Assembly (NCBI GenBank): GCA_042218115.1
Contig: JBDGRJ010000035.1
Span: 6,865-43,096 of the forward strand
Direction of reading: 5' to 3'
Source of the DNA: Minisyncoccia bacterium
Lineage (GTDB): Bacteria; Patescibacteriota; Patescibacteriia; Magasanikbacterales; UBA922
Length of the DNA: 36,232 nucleotides
This document shows, piece by piece, positions 29,241-36,232 of the stretch (within the stretch, counting starts at the first letter, position 1; each line of letters begins with the position of its first letter). The position numbers and the translations under genes were made by a program. The notes under the pieces were generated by a model. It worked only from the letters and a program-made list of their open reading frames with translations, did not search any database and was not told the origin of the DNA.

Positions 29241-30339
29241 TCAGACCCCTATCTGCGTTTAGTTTTATTTTCTCCCCCTCTTCTAGTTTTTCTGTAGCTT
29301 CATTAGTTCCTACTATACAAGGTTTATCTAGCTCCCTAGCAACTATGGTAGCATGACATAATAAACCCCCAGAGTCAGTAACAATTGCTTTTGCTTGTTT
29401 CATCAATGGAACATACTCAGGCGTAGTCATTTCGCAGACTAATATATCATCTTCTCCGACTTTAACTTCTTCAATTTTATCAGGAGGAACTTTCTTAACT
29501 GTACCTTGTTCTTCACCTGGGTGGCCTGTTTTTCCATAAATATTATTTTCACCACCACTCTTTTGTTGCAACTCTTCTTGAGAAAAGAAGTAATCTTCAT
29601 ATATCTCACCCAAAACCCTGTTATAATCTATAAACCACAGTCCATACTCCTCATTTGAGATTGTCTCAAAATACCCATTTAAGTAATCATCAACAAACTC
29701 TGCGTTAACTTTATTTCGGAGCTTACTTTTTGTGTCTTCGTCTTCTACGTATAGATAATCTATTATTTTTTGTAGATGTTTGAGCCCAGCTTTACTGTGT
29801 CGTTCCATCTCTAATTCTTCAAAATCATAGAAAAAAGATATGGGCTTCTGATCTCTGTTCTTGTAGAAGCCTTGGGTAAGCTGGCTATGTCCACCTTGAA
29901 TCAACTCACCAAAAACACCATTCTCATTTACAATGAAAATTGTGGACCATATTGGGTTGTCTGAATGAGGAATAAACTCTGCTCTATATTTTTCCTCTTC
30001 TATATCTTGCTCCTCAAACCATTTCATAGCCTCTTTAGTACTTAAACCACGCATACGAATTTTAGACAAGTCAGATTCAAGTGGGATTAAACGCAAAGCA
30101 CACAGCTCATCCTTGTGTTCTTTTAAATAATTTTTAAGCTTTTCAGTACTATCTCTTAGATCAGTTGCTTTGAATTTAGTGGGTTTATCAAATGGCAGGC
30201 CAAGTTCATCTTGTAAAATTTGTAATCTCTCCCTTTTTTCATTGTCTTCCTTTCGAAACTCTTCTTTGTTTTCAAAATCAATTTTTTCAAACCACTCACT
30301 TAGAGATATTTGACGGTTATAGAACTCTTTAGAGTTCAT
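29227..30339 (-). CDS. Phospho-histidine swivel (PEP-utilizer mobile) domain protein with a divergent ATP-grasp-like N-terminus
   Basis: C-terminal MTTPEY...TDSGGLLCHATIVARELDKPCIVG; N-terminal motifs align by eye with PPDK_N. Confidence 0.82.
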   Translation of the reverse strand: MNSKEFYNRQISLSEWFEKIDFENKEEFRKEDNEKRERLQILQDELGLPFDKPTKFKATDLRDSTEKLKNYLKEHKDELCALRLIPLESDLSKIRMRGLSTKEAMKWFEEQDIEEEKYRAEFIPHSDNPIWSTIFIVNENGVFGELIQGGHSQLTQGFYKNRDQKPISFFYDFEELEMERHSKAGLKHLQKIIDYLYVEDEDTKSKLRNKVNAEFVDDYLNGYFETISNEEYGLWFIDYNRVLGEIYEDYFFSQEELQQKSGGENNIYGKTGHPGEEQGTVKKVPPDKIEEVKVGEDDILVCEMTTPEYVPLMKQAKAIVTDSGGLLCHATIVARELDKPCIVGTNEATEKLEEGEKIKLNADRGLITYC

Positions 30340-30345
30340 AGTTAT

Positions 30346-31809
30346 TCAATCTATCTTTTTAACTATACCCTCATTTGCATTTACTTTTACTTTACCTCCG
30401 TCTTCTAATACTTCAGTCGCATTTTGGGTTCCAATTATGCAAGGAGTATTAATTTCTCTTGAAACAATAGCAGCATGACTAGTAATCCCCCCCTCATCAG
30501 TAACAATAGCAGCAGACTTTTTCATAATCGGAACAAATTCTGGGCGAGTCATACCTGTTACCAAAATTTCTCCTTCCTTGAAATCATTGAACTGGTCTTG
30601 AGACATTACTACTCGCACCCTACCTGAAGCATTACCAGAACAGGCTGGAGTTCCGTTAATAGTATCACCTTGTTGTTCTTTCAGTAAATTATTAAAAGAA
30701 TTTTTAAGCTCTATTGCCCTCTCTCCACTTAAATATTTTGTCTCTTTTTTTGTTACTACAACAAAAAACCCTTTTTTAAGACGTCGCTTTAGCAGTTTCA
30801 GATCTATATTACCTTCTAATAAACTCCTTACTTCTTTATGCTTTAAATAAGCTAAATACTCATAATTAATGTCGGTTCTCTCTTCTAGTGCAGAAAGAAT
30901 ATAATGAAGTAAATGGATACCCTTAAGATTTACCTCTTTGCGGTGCTCTCTCCAATAAGTTAGCTTCTGAAAAAAATATAGAGGGTTTTTGTCTAAATTA
31001 TACTTTTTTAATATCTTTCTCTCTAACTCTTTTTGGTTTTTCTTATAGGAACGCAACCTTTGTAGTTTTTCCTTCTTTTTCTCTGGGTCTTTGATATAAT
31101 CAACCATCTCCTCGATTACATCTTTTTTTGTAATATGCTCTATGTTAGCATATCCTGATTTATAATAATCAAAAGTTTTTATATAATCATCTACTTTATC
31201 GCTTCCTCCAACAAACTCTTCAATAGTTTCATATTTATTTTGTTTTTCAAAATCTTCTATTAATTCCAAAAGAGTTAACAGTCGCTTGTTTTTAAATGTC
31301 ATTTCTCTTGGGGTTGTAAGCCGTTCCACCTCTTCAGAATTTAACCCGTACCTATCTTTAATTTCATCTATTTTTTTCTGGTCATATCCTGCATCGAATG
31401 AATCTATGAATAGACTTACCTGCCAAAAAGAATGATATACTTCTCTCAAACTATCAAAGAAAGAGAGCAACTCTTCATCTGAAAAAGAAGATACATCGTC
31501 CTGAGTATTCTGAATGAAAAGCTGCTCAAGTTTAGAAGCAAATTTTTTGTACCTTTTAAAAATTAATTCAACCCCCTTATCTTCACCAAAATTCTCAAAA
31601 ACTTCTTGAGCTACTCGCCCAAAAGCTTCTGTATCCCAATACATCAATGCATATTCATCTCGAAAAAAAGCATATAAATGTTTTAAATCATTATCAAAGA
31701 ATTCATCATTAAAGTCCACAGAGACTTTAACCCATGGCATACAGGTAAAAGGTAATATATCTCCTTCTTGCTTGTAAAATTCAGTATTTTTTGGTATACC
31801 AATACTCAT
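30346..31809 (-). CDS. Phospho-histidine swivel domain protein with a large helical N-terminal (putative substrate-binding, RPH-like) domain
   Basis: C-terminal MTRPEF...TDEGGITSHAAIVSREINTPCIIG; WREHRK resembles the RE-x-x-K segment of rifampin phosphotransferases. Confidence 0.85.
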   Translation of the reverse strand: MSIGIPKNTEFYKQEGDILPFTCMPWVKVSVDFNDEFFDNDLKHLYAFFRDEYALMYWDTEAFGRVAQEVFENFGEDKGVELIFKRYKKFASKLEQLFIQNTQDDVSSFSDEELLSFFDSLREVYHSFWQVSLFIDSFDAGYDQKKIDEIKDRYGLNSEEVERLTTPREMTFKNKRLLTLLELIEDFEKQNKYETIEEFVGGSDKVDDYIKTFDYYKSGYANIEHITKKDVIEEMVDYIKDPEKKKEKLQRLRSYKKNQKELERKILKKYNLDKNPLYFFQKLTYWREHRKEVNLKGIHLLHYILSALEERTDINYEYLAYLKHKEVRSLLEGNIDLKLLKRRLKKGFFVVVTKKETKYLSGERAIELKNSFNNLLKEQQGDTINGTPACSGNASGRVRVVMSQDQFNDFKEGEILVTGMTRPEFVPIMKKSAAIVTDEGGITSHAAIVSREINTPCIIGTQNATEVLEDGGKVKVNANEGIVKKID

Positions 31810-31852
31810 ATTTAAGAATTTAAAAATATTTTCATGAGTTTATAACTGTTAA

Positions 31853-32872
31853 TTAATCTACTTTTTTCACTATGCCTTCATTTGCATTCACCTTCACCTT
31901 ATCACCATTTTCTAAAACCTCAGTAGCTATATCAGTTCCAATAATACATGGCTTTTCCATTTCCCTGGAAACTATAGCTGCGTGACAAGTAACGCCACCC
32001 TCATCAGTGACAAAACCAGCAGCTCGTTTCATGGCTGGCATATATTTAGGCATCGTCATAGGTGAAACCAAAATATCACCCTCTTTTACTTTTTTCAAAT
32101 CGCTTTTATTTTTTACGATCTTTACCTTTCCGGTAACCTGCCCTTCACAAGCATTACTACCCCCAACTTCTTTTACCTACTGGTCAACTTTTTCCAATTT
32201 TATATTTAAATCTCGCAAGACCTCTTTAATACTCTTATCAGAATATAGCTCATTCTTATGAAACACAAAACCACTTTTACGGTTAGAGACCCTCTTCTTT
32301 ATATTAACACTGTCTTCTTCCTGATATACCTCTTGTCGTCTAATAAACCTAGCTCTATTTTCTAAATCAGGATATCTTTTGACTAGAAATTTAGAGATCA
32401 CCTCTTCTGGAGCCTCATTATATTCTTGAGTTCTTTCCCTAGCTTCAAGTGCTTTTTTAGATAAACTCTGATCCACATCTGGTAAATTGGGAATCACAAA
32501 AGAGATAGTAATATAAGACCATAAATCTCCATATTTACTTGCAAATTTTTTTAACTCATCTAAGTCCTCCACCTTTTTATTTTTTTCATAATAAGGCCTC
32601 AATTCTCTAAAAATTTCGATCATATTGTCAAAATTCCCCCTCATTGCCTGTTTGTCTTGACATCCTTTAGCTACAGCTTGAGCTAATCTTTTCCTAAATC
32701 CCTCAGGATAATACATTGAAACTAAACCTTCACCGCGAAAAATTGCACAAAAATCTTCTGTACTAAAATCAATTAATCTATCCAATTTTTCAGAAATTAC
32801 ATCATAGAATATCCCCAATCTAAAAATGGAATACTCTCTGCTATGTTGTTTTTTATATTTTTTTCTAGACAT
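31853..32872 (-). pseudogene. Third swivel-domain gene (339 codons) interrupted by one in-frame TAG at 32177-32179; pseudogene, split gene or readthrough
   Basis: ORFs 32177..32872 and 31853..32098 share a frame: KVDQ*VKEVGGSNACEGQVTGKVKIVKNKSDLKKVKEGDILV...GGVTCHAAIVSRE. Confidence 0.8.
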
Positions 32873-32874
32873 AA

Positions 32875-33840
32875 CTAATCACTCAATGTAGTAATAGGCC
32901 GACTCTGAACAATAAAGAAATCGCCTTCTTCCATACACCACTCTATATCACAAGGAAACCCATAGTGACTTTCTATATCTAGGATTATCTCTGTTAGCTC
33001 ATTTACCTGTTGTTCTGTAAGAACCTGTTGACCTCCTTTTTGCTCAGACAGATTTTGCCACTCATTGGGCTCAGTTGTGTTGGGGCTTATCTCCTCTTTT
33101 TTATACAGGGCTTTCTTTTGGGTTGATATATTTACATCTAGTATATTTCTTGGGTCTTTCTCTACTACATAAGAGTCAGGGGTAATTTGACCAGATACAA
33201 CAGCCTCTCCAAGACCATAGCAAGCTTCTATGATAACCTGATTCTCATCTTCCGTTACTGGATGAACTGAGAAAGCTACTCCCGAGACATCGGAGTCTAT
33301 CATCTTTTGGACCACTACTGCTACGGATATATCTTTGCCGTGTAGGTCATTTTCAAAGCGATAGAAAATAGCTCTGGGAGTAAACAATGAAGCCCAACAC
33401 TTTTTTATATTTTCACATAAAGTCTCTTTATTTGTATTAAGAAAGGTATTTAGCTGTCCAGCCCAAGCAGACTCATCAGAGTCTTCTTCTGTAGCGGATG
33501 ATCTTACTGCTACATATTCACAATTGAGCTGCTCAAATCTTTCTTCTACCTGCTGTTTTAGTTTTTCGGGAAAGTTTTTATTTTTTATTAATCCCTGTAT
33601 TGCTTCTGATGCTTGCTCTATTGAATTTGTATCATCCTTATCTGCTTGATGTAGTTTTGCATCTATTTCGGAATGTAGACTGTTTGCATTTAAAAACTCA
33701 TCAAATGCTTCAGATAAAACAACAAACCCAGGTGGCACTGGAATATCTGCATTAGTCATCTCACCCAATGATGCTCCTTTACCTCCTGCCTGGTCTGTTG
33801 AGTTGCTGTCTAATTCATTAAAACCTTTTATGTTTGGCAT
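32875..33840 (-). CDS. Stand-alone PEP synthase/PPDK N-terminal ATP-grasp (nucleotide-binding) protein
   Basis: GGKGASLGEM, PVPPGF, VAVRSSA, AGQ, VVVQKM, SGVAFS, GLGEAVVSG, DIEW, QSRPIT; ends with no His or PEP-binding domain. Confidence 0.92.
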   Translation of the reverse strand: MPNIKGFNELDSNSTDQAGGKGASLGEMTNADIPVPPGFVVLSEAFDEFLNANSLHSEIDAKLHQADKDDTNSIEQASEAIQGLIKNKNFPEKLKQQVEERFEQLNCEYVAVRSSATEEDSDESAWAGQLNTFLNTNKETLCENIKKCWASLFTPRAIFYRFENDLHGKDISVAVVVQKMIDSDVSGVAFSVHPVTEDENQVIIEACYGLGEAVVSGQITPDSYVVEKDPRNILDVNISTQKKALYKKEEISPNTTEPNEWQNLSEQKGGQQVLTEQQVNELTEIILDIESHYGFPCDIEWCMEEGDFFIVQSRPITTLSD

Positions 33841-33872
33841 TGATTGAAAATATTGTCTGTTTACCTAAGTTT

Positions 33873-33901
33873 ATTATATGGCAAGTTTGCGATAATGACA
33901 A
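33873..33901 (-). promoter_or_regulatory. Sigma70-type promoter of the PPDK_N/swivel operon
   Basis: On the - strand, TTGTCA, 17-bp spacer, TATAAT, 32 bp upstream of the ATG. Confidence 0.75.
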
Positions 33902-33961
33902 ACTTCAATAATTTAAATTATTAATTTGTTATAATTTAACGTATGTAAATAAATCCCAATT

Positions 33962-35047
33962 ATGAAAAAACTTACCCTAACAATATTATCTTTCCTATTA
34001 ATACTCTCTCCGGCTGTCGTACACGCCCAAGGACAGAATGGATCTAAAAAGATTAAAAAAGCAGATAAAAACAAAAAAGACACAATTACAAGAATTGAAG
34101 CAGAAATTACAGAAGTGGAAGAAGACTTTATTCTAGCAGAAGATGAAGAAAAAAATAGATATACAATAGATAAGGACACCCAATACACTCTTGCAGGGGA
34201 AATCCATAAAGGTGACAATGTTATTTTACGAGAGATAAAGACCGCTGATGGCTCCAAAAAATACATCATTGACTCCTTCTCTCGTGCAAATCAACTAATA
34301 CTTTTATTCGTTCTGTTTGTGGTTGTGTTGTTGCTGGTAAACGGAAAAAGAGGGCTAAAATCAATAATAAACCTGGGAGTAACTTATCTTGTCATCTTAT
34401 TAGCCATCATCCCCTTTATCTTGTCTGGTTGGTCGCCGATTTTAGTGGCCGTAGTAGGTGGAATAATAGCAATGGGTTGGAATATATACTTTACGCATGG
34501 CTTTACCAAAAAATCCCATGCCACAATAATAGGAATAGCGTCCAGCCTGCTAATAGTAGGACTATTAGGCTGGTTCTTTATCCGATTTGCCTCTCTATCG
34601 GGCTCTATCGAGCAAGGTGCAAATATACTATCAGCTGTCGGATATGAGCATATAAATTTCAGAGGTCTATTGCTAGCGGCTGTACTTATAGGTGCTTTGG
34701 GTGTGCTAGACGATCTGGTGATTAGTCAGGTATCAGTAGTACAAGAGCTAAAAGAAACTAAGCCTGATATATCAAAAAAAGAACTATTTACCTCAGCCAT
34801 GCGAGTAGGGCACGATCATACCAGCGCGATAGTAAACACGCTAGTTTTGGCATATACATCTGCAGCTTTCCCATTAGTGATCTTGTTCTCTATCGGCTCA
34901 CCTCCGTTCAATACAATTATTAGCACACTAAATAATGAAACTGTAGCCACAGAGATTATGCGCATGCTTGTAGGCGGGATAGGTATACTGCTTAGTATGC
35001 CTATAGCTACCTTGATTAGTGTTTATTTTCTAGCAGAACAAGAGTAA
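33962..35047 (+). CDS. YibE/F family membrane protein
   Basis: Signal peptide, OB-like segment, TM helices, IGALGVLDD, GHDH, NTLVLAY; TGTTATAAT upstream. Confidence 0.9.
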   Translation: MKKLTLTILSFLLILSPAVVHAQGQNGSKKIKKADKNKKDTITRIEAEITEVEEDFILAEDEEKNRYTIDKDTQYTLAGEIHKGDNVILREIKTADGSKKYIIDSFSRANQLILLFVLFVVVLLLVNGKRGLKSIINLGVTYLVILLAIIPFILSGWSPILVAVVGGIIAMGWNIYFTHGFTKKSHATIIGIASSLLIVGLLGWFFIRFASLSGSIEQGANILSAVGYEHINFRGLLLAAVLIGALGVLDDLVISQVSVVQELKETKPDISKKELFTSAMRVGHDHTSAIVNTLVLAYTSAAFPLVILFSIGSPPFNTIISTLNNETVATEIMRMLVGGIGILLSMPIATLISVYFLAEQE

Positions 35048-35068
35048 ATTAGCTCTAATACTTTATTT

Positions 35069-36232
35069 CTACTCACTGAAGTGTCTACGGTTCCACTCAT
35101 ATACGTCTTCCTTGCTTCCGTAAAAATTTTCACTAAAACCCTCTTGTGCCAAAAAAGCATTTATTTGACTCAAACTCACGTCATCAGGGGCAAGATCTCT
35201 AGCAGCTGGTTTATTGTCGTATAATAGTTGTTTAACATATTCATCGTCTGGGAGCCTTCCGGTTTCTCTATACTCCATAAGATCATCAAGCACTTTAGCA
35301 GGCACTTCATCATACCCCTCGGGATAATCTACTATATTGGTTTTCCAGGTTATAGAATCATTTTGTCCTTCAGAGTCTTCGACATCTATACTCACAGCAA
35401 TATAATCATGAGTTGAATCAAACTCAAATAAGCCAGGATTTTTATCCAAAAGTACATCCAATACACCGATAACGAAAGACCTGGAAGCCGAAGCCTCTTT
35501 GGTCGTTGACGAGCCATCTTTTTCTATAATACATTCTAGACTCTCGTTATTCCTAGACATTTTAGAGAGTAAATTGTCCAACCTATCAAGCTTAAAATCT
35601 GTTAGTTCCCTGGTTTTATCTTCTCTCGTATCACTTTCATCTTTACTACCTTCTGTAGGTTCATCATATTTTTTAGGGCTATCGATTTTATCTAATACTC
35701 TCCAAATCGCTTTACCTTGCACATTTCCGTCATCGTCTCTAGTTTTAATTGACATATCTACAAAATCATCCTCAACAAAGGCCCCATCCTCTTTTAGGGT
35801 TTGCTCAAGCTCAAAAATGCTTTCGTCTGCTTCTATTAATATCTTTAAAATCTTCAGTCTAAAATCATCTTTCTCATCCACTTCCTCGATCGATGATCTT
35901 CCAGCTAGCACTTCTATATTTTCTTTTGAGTCTAAATTTTGCTCTAATACATCTAAAAAAGCATCTATCTGTCTTCTGGTAGGATCTTCTATCAAGAAGC
36001 TAGGTGCCATCTCTTCGCTTTCAGTTTGCTCACCACCGGATGGTTCGGGGACTTCAGGTTCATCAACCACCTGATCTGGAGTATCAACGATTTCATTTCC
36101 CTTTTTCACTTTCTCCAAATTATCTATCAAATCATCCAGTATATCACCCAATACTACATCATAGCTTTGATCTTGTTTTTTCTTTAGATGTTTTTCAGCT
36201 AAACCTTCCAGATTAATAGAATCTACATCTAT
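35069..36232 (-). CDS. Very acidic hypothetical protein with an internal tandem duplication; 5' end lies beyond the window
   Basis: The frame stays open from 36151 to the window edge (IDVDSINLEGLAEKHLKKKQDQSYDVVLGDIL...). Confidence 0.7.
   Translation of the reverse strand: MDVDSINLEGLAEKHLKKKQDQSYDVVLGDILDDLIDNLEKVKKGNEIVDTPDQVVDEPEVPEPSGGEQTESEEMAPSFLIEDPTRRQIDAFLDVLEQNLDSKENIEVLAGRSSIEEVDEKDDFRLKILKILIEADESIFELEQTLKEDGAFVEDDFVDMSIKTRDDDGNVQGKAIWRVLDKIDSPKKYDEPTEGSKDESDTREDKTRELTDFKLDRLDNLLSKMSRNNESLECIIEKDGSSTTKEASASRSFVIGVLDVLLDKNPGLFEFDSTHDYIAVSIDVEDSEGQNDSITWKTNIVDYPEGYDEVPAKVLDDLMEYRETGRLPDDEYVKQLLYDNKPAARDLAPDDVSLSQINAFLAQEGFSENFYGSKEDVYEWNRRHFSE

Noticed and set aside
30337-30348. 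The only TGA stop among the called genes is in frame with the next gene (TGA ATA ACT ATG), suggesting code 25 or a readthrough fusion
   Set aside because: No conserved gene has internal TGA codons. The protein ends at the same position (VKKID*) as its TAA-terminated paralog (VKKVD*), and in-frame spacing has a 1-in-3 chance.
32177-32179. Genome-wide amber recoding or pyrrolysine
   Set aside because: TAG terminates several full-length conserved genes in the window, and no pyl genes or suppressor tRNA are visible.
29227-33840. Calling the cluster ppsA/ppdK or PTS enzyme I
   Set aside because: No C-terminal PEP-binding barrel or HPr-binding domain is present, and the swivel domains are C-terminal as in RPH-type enzymes.
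551-36216. Numerous short antisense or overlapping ORFs in the track (e.g. 7318..7896, 18579..18998, 33913..34269, 35499..36074)
   Set aside because: S/F/L-rich shadows of E/K/D-rich genes on the opposite strand, or out-of-frame overlaps, with no motifs.
1-36232. CRISPR array, rRNA, transposase, reverse transcriptase or DGR
   Set aside because: No regularly spaced direct repeats, rRNA-like sequence or relevant protein motifs found by reading.

Overview
AT-rich, gene-dense bacterial chromosome segment using genetic code 11, with tightly packed operons and few Shine-Dalgarno motifs. Many proteins are strongly D/E-rich. The best inference is a salt-adapted Patescibacteria/CPR (Parcubacteria-like) genome. 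The window holds a housekeeping run (M23 peptidase, gltX, TrmH, IMPase, TagA/WecG, thpR), clpB under a variant CIRCE operator, iscS, an exonuclease, a glutaredoxin, a ZIP transporter, tRNA-Asn, PIF1 and LMF1. Next come a long sufBDSUC-ferredoxin-nnrD-matrixin-thiI run, FNR, an aldo/keto reductase, DsbA with a CxxC membrane partner, rarA, DUF2202, GIY-YIG and NUDIX. The most interesting locus (29227-33840) is a promoter-driven, four-gene split dikinase cluster. It encodes one stand-alone PPDK/PEPS ATP-grasp protein and three phospho-His swivel-domain proteins with different N-termini. Two of these N-termini are putative substrate-binding domains, one interrupted by an in-frame TAG in its linker. 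The third appears to be a highly diverged ATP-grasp. Other oddities are a 124-bp structured MITE/ncRNA-like element, a 16-residue-period LPEH repeat peptide and a matrixin lacking its catalytic Glu.
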